A stretch of DNA of 63,505 nt, filler included, from Jimgerdemannia flammicorona (Eukaryota), in NCBI GenBank assembly GCA_003990765.1. It is 3 parts of 3 records of this genome, joined end to end, with 100 filler letters (N's around TTAATTAATTAA, not from the genome) between each part and the next. Parts side by side here need not be neighbours in the genome. Positions count along the whole stretch, not along the records: positions 21,204 to 42,304 come from RBNJ01001532.1; positions 42,405 to 63,505 come from RBNJ01001533.1; 1 more part is not named here. One strand, 5' to 3'. The stretch's first letter is position 1. Each line of letters opens with the position of its first letter. Shown here one piece after another: positions 36,756 through 50,290 of the stretch. Below the pieces are notes generated by a model. The model worked only from the letters and a program-made list of their open reading frames with translations. It was not told the DNA's origin and ran no database searches. The position numbers were made by a program, and so were the translations under genes.

Positions 36756-37944
36756 ATTTTTTTTTTTTTTTTAATAATGAAAATATTCTTTCTATAGATT
36801 TTTATTAAAAGAAAACCTAGACTATATAGACTAAAACCCTCCCCCACCACTTACTGAATATTGTCTCTCTATTAATCTAGGCCACTAAATTGTTCAGCAG
36901 TTCTACTATTCCAGCTATATATGTTGAATATGCTGACTCTTACTATATAGATCAGACTTATCAGCTCACCAAAGCTGGATCATTGTAACTATATATAAGA
37001 GCACACCTATGTATATAATTTAGCAATATTATGACTAAATAAAGAATAGTCTCTTAAATCTCAAAAGAAAGTCTGAGACAAAGAAAAACCCCCAACTAGC
37101 TAATAGAAAGTAGAAAAAATTCAAAGTAAGTAAGTAAAGAACTTATATATAGAATCTCTTTCAAAGGACTGACATATGGACTAAGGTCTGAAAAGACCCC
37201 ACTCCTACTTCTTGAGCCTACAGGCCTCCATTATATTGCCATATTAGCTCCTAGTTTCAGTTAAGTACTGTTAAATAAGAAAGATCCCACTCTCTAAGCC
37301 TGTAGGTCTCAATTGCATTACTGCATCAGCTCCTAGTTTTAGTTAGATATAATCAAGATACTGGTCTCTATACTATCTTACTCCCCATCAGCTAATCAAA
37401 AGACCCTACTGAGATAATATCTACCTCAACTCTAATGACTACCCCTAGCCTAATATCTCACTGGTTTATTATTATTACCCTTCCTCCTATCTGTGATGAC
37501 CATCTCTCTTCCAACTCAAAACCCCCTGAAAGACAGTCACATATACTAGAATTGTGCTTCCAGAAAGCTCACCAAAGCCCAGAGGGCCCTACTACAGATA
37601 CTGTCTAACTTGCAGATAACCTATACTGACACTTAATGCCCAAGATTGGCTGACTTCATACACACCAAGACAATACCTTGTTGATGACAGTAAAAGGAAG
37701 AAGACACTGTACCAAAACAAGTATACCCTAACTACAGCCAGAGATACCAGAAACTATGAAAAAGTGGAGAAGACACCAATCCAACACTGATAAAGGGGCA
37801 ACTCATCACCAGTGTCTCCTCCCACCATACCCTTATAGGCACAGCAAACCAACCCAAGGTAGAGGGGGGGTAAAAGTAGGGGAAAAGGGACTCAGAAGGT
37901 TGCCCACCAACCTTATGACTGGTATGATAGCAGAGAAAGGGGGC
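36756..37944 (-). mobile_element. Poly(A) retroposon copy D, tail-to-tail with the L1
   Basis: Poly-T followed by GATTTTTATT..AACCTAGACT..AAAACCCTCCCC as in copies A and B; same far end GCAGAGAAAGGGGGC. Confidence 0.8.
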
Positions 37945-38557
37945 GGAGGCGCTCACCATTGTTAAGGCAAGCTGCAAAGCCAGTGCCAATCTTGAGGAAA
38001 TGATGTGACGGCACACCAATATAGAACACGAAATATGCTGATCTCTACACGTGCCTATTCTCTGATCAGTTTTTCAGTAACTAGCCCACGTAAAATATAT
38101 TGGCATGGAAAATATATTGGAGCATAAAACAATCTTAACACTGTCGGAGAACAATTTGGTTTGTAATAAATGCACCAATCTGTAAGTATTCATTTTAAAT
38201 AAGCGAGAAGATGTCTGAAAGAAAAGAAAAAAAATCGAAATAAATGAGGTGTATGAATAAAAATAAAAAGAGAGAAATAAACGCACCCAAGACTCTTATC
38301 ACCGGGCTGGCAGTTGACAGCAAGTTCTTATAGAGAACCAGACATTAGTCAGTTTGGAGAAATTCCGTAACAGGAAAAGATGCGGGAATTAATTTATTTT
38401 TAAAAGGCATTATCACGCCGTGCCGCGTTAATATTTTAGCAGCAATAAATTTATTAAAATTACAGCTGATGTATGAGGCTCTTATTATGCCGCGGTCAAA
38501 GACGATATGGAAAACAAAGTAAAAACAAAACAAAAATAAACTAGTATCTACTTTATT

Positions 38558-41399
38558 TTACAACCTCTTGATAACAAGAGGGGGCGAGAGCCACTTGACC
38601 CAGTCAGTTGGCATTTTGGCATCACCGAACACCTTGAGGGCGCTTACGCTGATGTGGTAGACACCGTTGGGGACCGGCACAGGGGAAGTGCCACCACCGG
38701 GAATTACGTAGCCAGTCCAGGGCCAGGTGTAGTTCTGGGAATACTCTTGAAGGTCGTAGATGGTGTTGCGGGGGAGGAAGTTGTAGGTGTTTCCGTAGAT
38801 GGGGTCGAATGGCAAGGAACCGAGGACGGTCTTAGAGGGTAGGTTGATGATGTCGAGCATGACATGCGTAGTGCCGGTCAGGAGGCGGAGAACGACCTTC
38901 GGGTAATCGGGGTCGGCCAGGGTGTAGGTGACATTGGTCTCAGGATTGACGAGGGAGCCATCAGTGTTCTGGATCACAGGGTAGTTCTTGTCGAATATCG
39001 GAAGGTCGTGCATGTTGCCCACCATGCCAATGTACGGCACGTGGATCGGCTTCTGATCGGCGTCACACGGCCTCACAACCAAGTACCCGCCATATATAAG
39101 GTGGTCGGTGTGGTTGGACTTGGGAGGAAAGACGCTCACCTGCACTTTGATGCTCTTGCCCGGCTCGAGCGTCACAAACGTTTCAGAGAACTTAACCTCC
39201 GCGGCTGCCTTGTTGTAGCTTCCAGGCTCGACGGGTGTGAATCTAGATTTGGCCACGTCGTAGCCGGCACCGGCGGCGGAGGGAAGGTGGTCGAAGTGGA
39301 AGATCGTCTGCTTCCTGCCCTTGTTGGTGATTGTGATCGTCTTAGTCCGGACGTGGTGAGCCGTGTCGTTGAAGCTCAACTCAGCGGGGCTAACGTGCGC
39401 GGTGCCTTTAATGGCGTCGAGAACATGGATCAGACCGGCACCTTGGCAGATCGGGTTGTTGGTGAGGTTGGTGCCGTAGATCGGCGCGGGCTTGGCGTAG
39501 TTCTGGAAGATCTCGGTCATAATCTCGGGATCGTGCTTCTGGCCAAGGGCTTCTAGGAGTAGAGCAATCGAGCCGGCAATGTAGGGCGAGGCCATTGACG
39601 TGCCGGAGAGGGTACCGTAGCTACCATTAAGAAGAGTCGAATAAACTCCGCCACCGATACCACCAAGGTTGGGTTTCAGTTGAAGCTCGTTAGTCGGACC
39701 CCAACTTGAGAAGTCGGAAACGGTACCGGCGGAGGGGATGGGCACCTTGACGGTGCTCCTGCCAAAGGTGACCTTGGGACCCTTGCTGAGGGTGTTGAAG
39801 ATTTTCACACCATCAACGTTGGCTATACCAACCACGGGGATTTTGATGGTGGCGTCGATGACCGGGGCGATTGGCGGCTGGCCGTCCTTGGTGTAGATGA
39901 TCACACCGACAGCGCCGGCGTTCTGGGCGTTGGTAGCCTTGATGAGGAAAGTGCAGATACCGCGCTTGATCAGGGCAATCTTGCCCTTGATGTCCTTAGT
40001 GATGGGGTTACAACCATCATCTTCAACGGCGGTGGTGTCGGAGACGGCGATGAGAGAAACGTTGGACAGAATAGGAGGAGCGCCGGCCGTGAGGTAAGCA
40101 ATAACATCGCCAGGTAAAGTCGAAACGTCCAGACAGTTCGCAATAAGAGCGAGGTTGTCGAAAGACGCGGCGGCAATCACGCGGCGACCGGTGGCAGGAG
40201 CAGCGGCGAGCAAGATGCCGGCAGAGCCGTCGTTACCTTCAGCAATGACGACTGTTGGAAGGAAGGATAGATAGAGGAGATATTTAGTTGATTGAAATTA
40301 AAGAACAGGGATGCGTAGGACGACGTCAAATGGAAGGTTTACTTACGGCTCCTGCCAAGGCCGACGAGCCTATCGGCCATGATGGATACCGGGTTCTCCT
40401 CCCAACCACCTATTTCACCAAGAGACAAGTTGATGATGTCCATTCCGGCCTCGTGGGCCATCTCCATGGCCTTGATGATGATGTCGTTAGTAGTAGTGCT
40501 GCTGTTGCAACCAAAGATACGCCATACACCAAGAGTGGCTTGGGGAGCAACACCGATGAAACCCTTCGTGAAGTTTGGGTAAGTGACCGATTGCACAAGA
40601 TTTGTGACATGATAAAAAATGTTTAAGTTATGTACCTTAGACGTGTCATTACCAATAATGATACCAGCGACATGCGTGCCGTGCCCTATGCATTTGTCCA
40701 GCGGATCCTTATCGGGGTAAGCATGGACGCCATCGAAATTGTCGCCAACAAGATCGTAACCATACGCGACCTTGTGGCCAAGGCCGAAAGCGCCACCAAG
40801 AGCGGGGTGGGTGTAATCGATACCAGTGTCAATCACACCGACCTTGACGCCCTTGCCATAGATACGGAGGGTATTGTGAACCTCGTGCACCCCGGTCAGG
40901 TTGTGGGCGAAGTACTATAATGTAGCCGATATGATATTAGATTACTGTTTACACTTAATATACACGACACAAGTCAACCACCGCAATGTACGAATTAGAA
41001 TGAAACATTGCGTACAAAATCGGGGTTGTTGTTGTGGGTCTCGACCTTGATGATCTCGGGACGCTTGTAGTGGACTATGGGCCAGACGTTGACGACATTG
41101 GGGTTGTTGATGATATCGTGCAGAGCAGCCTCGGTCTGGCAAGTAACAGAAATACCACTGAAGACTTCGGAGTCGTACTGCTGGCGAACGGCCATGTTGT
41201 GTCCCATGACGCCCATCGTGGACACGAGGCTTCCGTGCATACTGTTCTTGACCGCGGTGTCGTGCGTGAACTCGACGATGTATCCGCCGCGGAGGAGCTC
41301 GTTGTCGACTGAGCGCTTCGTGTGCGGATGGAATTTACCGGCCTCGACGAGGGTGCTGCAGAGCAGACCCAGGGTAAGGAGTGGTGCCGGAAATTTCAT
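38558..41399 (-). CDS. Secreted subtilisin-like serine protease (S8; signal peptide, I9 propeptide, PA domain, Fn3-like domain)
   Basis: Exons 41399-41016, 40914-40636, 40563-40347 and 40251-38558 splice in frame. Catalytic triad VIDTGID, HGTHVAG, SGTSMASP. PA motif IALIKRGICTF; signal MKFPAPLLTLGLLCSTLVEA. Confidence 0.95.
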
Positions 41400-42213
41400 C
41401 GTGGAGAGGTGGAAGACACAAAAGGTCAATTGCTTTCTACCACAAGAATGAGTGTTGGTTGGCTGAGGGAAAAGTTGTTGGGTCTTGGATGGCCCTTTTA
41501 CATTGTGGTCGTGGCGCCTTGTCCATTCGGGCAGGTCTATATATGTCGAGCGGCCATTCCATTTCTTCCATTTGCGAAGCCCAAGAATAGCTCGATATAA
41601 TTAGAATCTATGGCCGAAATTAAACAGGATCTCTAACATAACCAAGGTGGCGTGGAAGGAGACTGTCGTACTTCCATCGGCCATCTTCGAGTTAACATTC
41701 GAAATTTGTTGACAGACATAATTATATGAAATTGAATATTTTGTCGAACAGGGAGACAAAATTTCGTCCATCAGTCTTTTTATTTATTTATAGCTGAGTC
41801 AGTTATAGAGCAAGAAACTTCCCACACTCGTCACCGCCCATCCCATACTTGACCTTGCCGACCAGATTGATAGTTGAAGTCTATATCATCGTAAACCACA
41901 TCATATATATGACATACTTGGTATACATATGTACTTAAATGTGTGACACAGATACTCTATGTATGGTACCAAGATTTTGTGGTGAACTTGATAAAAATAC
42001 GTCCGTCTTTCTTCAAAATTTGTTGGCCTGTTGGAATTCCAGGATTATGAATTCATTTATATAGCTTAGTTGTCAGTTTATAGTGCACTAACAAGTTTGA
42101 CTATTATGATCTTCATTGCACCTCCTATAGGGGGGAGGGCTGTCGATTTCGCTTTCTGACTTTGAGCACGAGTGAAAACACTAGTCCATGTTTGGTAATC
42201 TATGACCCTCATA

Positions 42214-42304
<91 letters not shown>

Positions 42305-42404
42305 NNNNNNNNNNNNNNNNNNNNNNNNNNNNNNNNNNNNNNNNNNNNTTAATTAATTAANNNNNNNNNNNNNNNNNNNNNNNNNNNNNNNNNNNNNNNN
42401 NNNN
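42305..42404. other. Artificial contig linker
   Basis: Same N44-TTAATTAATTAA-N44 spacer. Confidence 0.95.
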
Positions 42405-44206
42405 ATTCCATCCCCACGCAGGATCCTTGCCCAATGCTCCTCAGGCATCGCTCGCAGGTCCACCTCCCCCAAGGCTTCTGCCGCGAGGTTATCCATCACC
42501 TTGCGTACCCACAACAAGTTCCCCACCTCCTTCCCTCCCGGAGTCCCCGGCCGCCCTGCATCCAACATCGTGGTGTCAGCCCCTACACTAGCAGCCTCAT
42601 CCCACTCTTCCTCAGGGACATCCACCAGCTCATCCTCGCCGACAGCTACCACCTGACCCCCCTGAGCCATATCAGGGACCCCAAATTGCACCTGCTGGGC
42701 CCCCTGCATCCGTGTGTCCTCCATCCTCCCTCGCTTCCCCACTGGGCCCCTCCTGATGAGTGGGGGCGGGGTGGCATCCAACTCCGACTCCCACACTTCA
42801 AGAGTACCATCGGCATACAGGTCCCGGTCCTGCCCCTTCTCAGCCCCCGCCTCCTTCGCCTCCACCTCCTCCTTCCCTTGACCCGCCCAGACACTGGCCT
42901 CAGCGCCCCCAGCCTCTGCAGCCTCACCCGACTTCTGCTTCCCCCCGCCAGTCATACCTGCCAACAGCTCCTTCTGCTTCTTGCGCCCCTGAATCCACTC
43001 CCACTGCCTCTTACTCATACGGATACGTCTCCCACCCACAACCTCCAAATATGTCGACTCCTCATACATTCTCCAGGCCTTCGCCCTTCTCTCCACAGCA
43101 CCACCCAACTCCTCCAGTGCCTCCAACAAGTCCTCCTCCTCCTCTTCGCTCCCCTTCACCCTCGACACCTTGCAGATAATAGCCCCCCACATCAGCACTG
43201 AGGGCCAATCACTCGACTTCCCTGTGGCCTCCTTCCCTGCCAATCGAATCCTGACATCAACGTCACCCATCCTGAAAGTGGTCCCCTCCCACAACTGAAA
43301 GCCGATGTCCACCACGTCCCCATACTCAACCATCACCTCCTCCACCCTCCTCCTCGTCTCCTCCTTAGTCACCGTGGGCACCCCCCTCACCAGAAGCTGC
43401 ACCACTCTGGGGTCCCACCTCAAGCATCTCACCATGGGGACCACCACCTCCCCAACCACCACGCCCGTCTTCATGGCCTCATCCAGTAGGCCTGCCTCCT
43501 CAAAGCCCACCTCAACCCCCTCCATGCCCTTCAAGAACTTTACCGAGGCTGCCCCAGCCACCTGCTTCGAGATAAGCCCCAGGACCATCCTCGCCGTCAC
43601 CGCCAAGCCCCGGAAGCACAAGGTAGCCGCGAACTCCGAGATGGACTTCTTGAGCAATGGGGCCATGGCCAGTCCTGTTACACCATCAGCCAGGTCCCCC
43701 TTCCGCATTGGGAGCCCCTGTCCCCCCTGGCCATCAACCGTCACATCTCTTTTTTTCTCCAGATTCGCCGTCACGCCACCATCAGCAGTCCCACCACTAC
43801 CCCCAGCCAGCCCTCCACTTCCCCCACCTCCCTCCAGCGAAGGTCCAGCTCCCCCAGTGGTACCATCCTTCTGCTTCCCCTTTCCTCCCACCGGTCCACC
43901 ACGAGAGCCCAATGGCCAGCTCCCACCCCTTAGCGTGTCCGCAAAGCTCCTCCCCTGCTTCCCTCCAGCCCCCCCACCAGTGCCACTTCCACTGCCTGAG
44001 CCACCCTGCCCACTCGAGCCACCAAAGGACCCCATCCCCAAACCATAACCTCTCCCGACAGTCTGCCAGTCAAAGGCCTCAGGTCCACCCGACCTAGTAC
44101 GTGCGTCGGCATGCTTGCTAGTTGACATTGCCCTAGTATCTTTTCTCCAATAAATGCTTCGAAAATGTGTTGAAAAGTGTGTGTAATGTGAATTGTAGTG
44201 GAGAGA
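42405..44206 (-). mobile_element. L1-clade element 5' end with open ORF1 (ATG 44128), cut by contig edge
   Basis: Collinear with ~25180-26985, same 5' UTR (CTCCACTACAATTCACATT), no stops, CpGs retained. Confidence 0.92.
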
Positions 44207-44465
44207 GATGTCTGCTATATCAGCATCACATCTCATTATAACCTCTTTCTCTATTATCTACACATTTAATAATAATAATAAAAAATAAAAAAAAACATTT
44301 ATATATATTTTATTTGGTAGTTTATCTTTATTAAGACCTTATATGTAAGATTGATAATATCATGCAAATTTGCCTACATGTGACTATAGGAGATCAAATA
44401 TATTTAATATTAATTATTTAATAACATATTTTCTAGAATCAGCAAAAGTATAGAAAATAGAAATT

Positions 44466-44683
44466 GGAGGTGACTTCCGCGCGGAAGTCAAATTAAGCGG
44501 AGGTGACTTCCGTGCGGAAGTCAAATTTAAGCGGAGGTGACTTCTGCGCGGAAGTCAAATTTAAGCGGAGGTGACTTCCGCGCGGAAGTCAAATTAAGCA
44601 GAGACTTCCGCGCAGAAGCCCAATTAGGCGGAATATGCGCAGGTGACCGGAAATCAATCCAAGTGACTTCCGCGCGGAAGTCA
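44466..44683. repeat. Array of 20-bp palindromes TGACTTCCGCGCGGAAGTCA
   Basis: Copies start at 44471, 44504, 44538, 44572, ~44602 (degenerate) and 44664; 33-34 bp period. Confidence 0.95.
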
Positions 44684-44801
44684 GACTATTTCACTACAAA
44701 CCACAACAAACCACAACAAACCATAAACCACAACCACAAGGTGCTGTAATTTAACAAAATTTGGTATTGGCGAGAGTCTAACACATCTTCCTTCATAATA
44801 G

Positions 44802-46249
44802 ATGAAGTACAACAAACAAAATTGTCATAAGGCAACCCATTACGCGAAGCAACTCCTCTCAATGGATTCAGAAGGGTTGTCTGACCAAGAAGTCGTTGAG
44901 GAATACAAAGCGCTATGCACCAAGAGGGAGATAACACCCTTGGGTTACTTGATAAACGAAGAGGTTGATCAAAATTATTTGTCTCGTGGAAAAGATTTCG
45001 ACGAAGCATTCAGCAAATGGAGTAATGAGCACTCGAGAATTCCCAATCGCAACATCAACAGTTCAGCTGATTCCGTCAAGAGCAAGAAAGAGATGGCGCG
45101 TGTTGAAGTCCTATTTAGCTGGTTTCGACTCAAGTTGCTTTTCGATAAATTTAACCCAGTCTTTAGGAGGAGTGATCGGCGGTTCCATCACAAAACCAAA
45201 GCCCGTTTCGCAGCGATCGCGTTGCAACATGCGGGACTAAAATATTACGAATCGCAGGACGAGATCTCCATTGACAAATTGTTCAATGATGCGTATACGT
45301 TAGACATTGTAGCTTTCCGTGTAAAAGGTAATTGGCACATTGTCGTAACCGTTAACCTCTATTGAAACTCATACTCACATTATTCAAATTTACAGTTTGC
45401 CAATTATCGCCATTTAAAATACCTTACGCCAACTTCAAAAATTCATGGACCCTCTTACAACACATTCGACGAATAATGTAAGTAGAATGATTGTAAGTTT
45501 TTTGTAAGCTTTTTGTTTCCTATTAAGACGTTAATTGTTTCTGCTCAGATATCAACAATTCTCAAATAATTTGAGAATTCCTGGACGGAAGCCTTTCCTA
45601 AACTTTGTCAAGGAGTATTTTCAAAACAAAGGCGATCCAGTTCATAAATACTTTAAAAGACTCTCGGAACAAACTATTACAAATTCCTTGGAGATACTCC
45701 GGGATTTTAATCAAGGTAAAGGTCGACGAGTTGTTCTCGAGGGGGGGGATTCATCCGATGAAAGTGAGCTCGCTTCTGGGCACGACTCTAAAGGGAAGGT
45801 GAGTTGATGATACTTAGTAGAATCAAATGCAAAATTGAAAGGGTTGAAATGGAAAGGTTTTTTTAACATCATGTTATCATTATTCAGGGCAAACTGGCGG
45901 ACGGGGATTCATCCGATGAGGGGGATTCATCCGATGAGGGGGATTCATCCGATGAGCACGCTTCTCGACACGAACCCAACCACGCTAAAGGGAAGGTGAG
46001 TTAATACTTGGATTTCAAGTGCAAACGGGAAGGTTTTTTTGACATCAATCATGTTATCATGATGCAGGGCAAACTGGCGGTGGGGGATTCTTCCGATGAG
46101 GGGGATATATCCGCTGAGCACCACGCTCAAGGGAAGGTGAGTTGATACTTGGATTTCAAATGCAAAATTGGAAGGGTGCGTGGTTAGGGGCAATTGTGTT
46201 GCTTGGCATTTCCTAAGTTTTTGAATATATCTACATATCTATATACACA

Positions 46250-46306
<57 letters not shown>

Positions 46307-48173
46307 AAACCCGGTAGCTTCACATCCGTGCACGTTCAACAGCAATAGTTGATGACGGGACAAATAGCGACAATGCAGCCGAACGACAGCAAGGAAGCCA
46401 GTCTAGTCAAATCACATCAACGGTTCAGTCTCTCACGGCCACGAAGAAGATGCCACCCGTCTTTGAAATAAACGAAAACGCTGGCTCCGGGTAAGTATGC
46501 TCTCTGAAGGGAAAACGGTTTTCTTCCTCTTATTCCATTCCCATAATGGTCAACTGCAAAAGAATAGAATTAATAAGAGAGTTATAGAGATTTTGGATCT
46601 TGAAAAGGATATTAATTTAAATTATGGGTTATACGGCGATAGCGATGATGAAGCCGGCGACCATCCTCACGAGCAGGAGCAGCGGGTTCTCAAGAGGGTT
46701 AGGGCTGACGTGGATCCTCAGGAGCAGGAGCGGCTTCAGAGGGCTGACGAGTATTCGCGGACGGAAGTGGAGGCTCTCCTTCAACGAAACGCTCTCTCGA
46801 GGTTAGTGTTTCGAGCAACAACGTTTTAATTAGGTTGTATTTCGTCTTATTCCTATCTCTCGTCATTCTTTATTCCTAAGCCAACTGCGCGAAAAATCAA
46901 CGTTTTCGTATGTCCTCTTATTCAATTCCCTTATAATTCCTTTCATTCCAAAGGAAACAGCCAAAGAAGCGGAGAGTAGATGAAGAAATTGAAATGAGCA
47001 CTGAAATGAGCACCCGGTATACAAAGCTAAACTCTTTGGATCTTATCTTAGAATTTCACAATCTTTTGAAAAGAACACAACATGTCGGGATTCAATCTAC
47101 CACCGTCGAGATCAGTACTGCTGAGGATCTGTTGCTTGAGTTACGACGGGAAATCGATCTTCGGGGAGGCATGCCGACAGTGAATGGTCAGGCCGAATTA
47201 TTGGCTCTGACAAAGAGTCTCGAAAAGGGCAACCAATTACTCGCAGCTAAAGAGAAAGGCGCCTTACGCCAACGCAAAGAAAATGAGTTCGGATATACTA
47301 ATGTTAAGCCGAAACCGAAACTAAAGGTATTTAAGTAGTTGATTATTAATAGTAAACAATCATATTTATCATATATATATACAAATGTGACTATGTTCTA
47401 ACTCATTTGAAACCCTAATACAGGTCAAAGATATCATCCAAACGACGAAGGGAAAGGTAGATCCGCATGGTGTGGGGAAATCAGATCGTAAAGTGAGTTT
47501 GTTGTAATCTGCTTTATAAAGAAATATTAAAATTATAGAGTGTGATATCCTGTTATCATTTTTAATCTCGCTTCTTCACTCTTTCAAGAGTCAAATTTTG
47601 GTTTCTCCACCTCATGCACTCGGAATTTCTGGAGGGCAACTGACCAGGAGTGGCAGGGCACGCAAATTGCCATTGAATTTCCATCTCGAAAAGGAAATAC
47701 GTATGTTTGTGAGTGTCCTAATCCTATTGCTCGAATTCATATTTTTGAATTAAACATATTGTTATATTCTTTAGTGCGCTCATCAATTGTCAAACGCAAG
47801 ACCAAGGCCAAAATCCAACATGTCCCTGGTATGCAATATGTTAATATTACCTAATAAAAGATAATAACCTGTGACTAATTCTTTATTTGTCCTCGAATTA
47901 TAGAAGTATTAATAACACCACGGCGAAATGTCATGAGCACGGGAGAGGAAGAAGAAGTCGATGTTCATTCTACAAGCACGGGAGAGGAAGAAGACGAGAA
48001 TATTTTGAGTCCTACGATTCAGCGAAAATGCGGATTTTGTCGCATACCTGGCCATACGCAGAGAAATTGCCCCAAAAAGGTCCGTCATATAATTTTCGCA
48101 TTCATTTTTGCACATTATTATTTTGCTAAAAACCTCACCTTCTTCCCTATTCCAGCTTTCCACAATCAAATGA
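44802..48173 (+). CDS. Orphan 14-exon protein (~756 aa) with acidic GDSSDE repeats and C-terminal CCHC zinc knuckle
   Basis: GT-AG introns give a continuous frame linking the ORF-track pieces at 44802, 45535, 46497, 46994 and 47933. CGFCRIPGHTQRNC lies near the end. Confidence 0.75.
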
Positions 48174-48178
48174 CCAGG

Positions 48179-49458
48179 TTAACGTGGCCAGTTCATCAAG
48201 CCGTGTGAACGTACCCATTTATCTCTTTCTACAGTGAAATCTTGTACTTGCATCAACCGCATTACGTGTTCATCGCTCTCGAGATGCATTGGGAGCTTGA
48301 TTTCTCTAAGTTTGTTGCATTTGGTGATAACATTGCTTATGAATGTTGACGATAATAAAGGGCATTTTCGGATATCAAGCTTTAGGAGGCTGGGCCAAAT
48401 GCGCTTGTTTTCAACACCAAAGGTTTCTCCCGAAATTTTGCATTGGCCGAAATACGCAGATTGGAGCGCCGGTAGCTTCAGCGATTCTTCTAGAACGCTA
48501 TCGTCAACGGTGTTAATGTTGCTGTTCGAATTTTTGAGCAATTGCGTAGCAAGAATACGATGGATTCGCTTGAAGCCTGAGAAGCATTAGACTTCATTGA
48601 GGTGATCGATAGGAATGACAGGTTTCGGCATCTGACACCAAGAGTATAAAATAGCGCTTGCAATTTGCGTGATCCGTCGTTGACGTAAATAAAAGATCGC
48701 AATTTAGACCACTTGTTGGCAATTTGGTAAAGAGGCCAAACGTCGACCATTAAAAGACGTATGACTTCCAACTCCGTATAATGATCAAAAGTTCTGAATA
48801 TCTTCATATGAGTTGACGACAAAGTCTTAACTTTGCGGCAGAGAATAGCAAAAATGTCCTCGAACGGGGATGGAGCTCTTATTCGACAACCGTTGAGAGA
48901 AAGTTTGGAAATTGTACCACAATCGCCGGTTACCTGACGAAGTAGATCGAGTGCAAAACGAGTATAGAGCGAGCCGTAGTACAGAAATTCATTGTTCATG
49001 TTTACAATAAGATACTGGAGGTGAGTGGGTTTTAAGGAAAGAATGATTTTGATGCCATTCATGAGTTGTTGGAATTCGCTCATAGTGATATCGCTGTTAT
49101 AGACGAGAGTGAGATCGATATTGACCACTTTTATAAACTTGATGAATTTAAACCCCAGTGGTTTGGAATCGGCGAGGAGTTGGGCGAGTCTTTGAGCATC
49201 GCAACACCGGGCAAGATTCCGAGGGGGAAAAATGGCAACATTGCAGGAAAATATCCTTTTTGCTTCTTGATACCAGGCTCGACAGACCAGCGAGCTGGCG
49301 AAAATGTCAACCGGGAAGGTGGAAATGATGCCATTTGGTGGTACCAAACATTACATTATGTTACCCATAATCTCCGATGGAAGATTAAGTACGTATGCAT
49401 CAGTCTCCTCAGTCGCCTTCGTCATGCTAGTCCCCCGAGTCGCCTCAGTAGTCAACAT
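48179..49458 (-). pseudogene. F-box/LRR-like gene A1
   Basis: LNLPSEIMGNIM*..SSLVCRAWY is an F-box pattern; LRR-like tail (LDIRKCPLLS, CNKLREI). Stop at 49351 where the paralog has CAA; frameshift ~48540. Confidence 0.7.
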
Positions 49459-49653
49459 TGTGAAGAGGAAGCAACAAAAATTGTTTGATTTTATTTTTAT
49501 TTTCAATTGGACTAAGTGGTGGAAAATATAGCGGACGGAGTACCCGTGTCTGATGATACAAACTTTCAATGTCGAGTACATCATCATGATCTCGAAAATT
49601 CTTTGATCAAATTGATTATAAGTACACGTGTGAGGAAAATTAATCTTATTACC

Positions 49654-50283
49654 ATGTCTTTGCACGTTATTGACAACAGAGAATCACCTCTTATTGATAT
49701 TCATATTGCGTTGGGGAGTGATCGCGATGTTATGTCTTTGAGTTACAGTTTTCTGGATGTGGTTTTATCTTGTTTTAGACCAGATGACTGGATTCTAACC
49801 GGTCTTACATGTTTAATCATAACTCTCAATGAGAGCCGGCCAATTCAGTTGGTAATGTTTCGCACGATTCCAAGGGCTGGAACTTACAGACGATCGGATT
49901 TCGAGCGAATGGCACAAAATATTAGTATTGCGTTATCACTCGCGGAATCGGATTGATTTTGGTGGAATTACGCTGAACGCTGAATCGGTATCACCTTGAT
50001 TTGTTCTCGAAATTTCTCAGGATATTTAGGGTTTTTTGAGGAGAGTTAGGAGAATGTATAAACCCAGCGGAAGATTCTTCGCCCCACTATCAGTCCATCC
50101 TTCATGCCGCCATCCATAACTATACATTTTGCAGTGCGGGTATTCGGTGTATTGGTAAATAGAAATTTACCACCAATTCCGATTCCACATTGGTTATCAG
50201 CTGATGTTATCATTGTAACCTTCCGCAAATATATTTTAGAAACATTTTGTAATGTGACATTTGGATTAAAGGAGAATGAATAA
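49654..50283 (+). pseudogene. Orphan B1 (paralog of 55948-56571), interrupted
   Basis: MSLHVIDNRE..FRPDDWILTGL and the tail ..YILETFCNV are shared with B2; stop at 49956. Confidence 0.6.
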
Positions 50284-50290
50284 TCATTCA

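Noticed and set aside
38654..41451. Plus-strand ORFs over the subtilisin
   Set aside because: These are antisense shadows caused by biased codon usage.
42353..42404. End of the 627-aa ORF running into X residues
   Set aside because: The stop comes from the artificial linker; ORF1 is simply truncated by the contig edge.
44466..44683. CRISPR array
   Set aside because: The 13-14 nt intervening sequences are near-identical rather than unique spacers; there are no cas genes and the context is eukaryotic.
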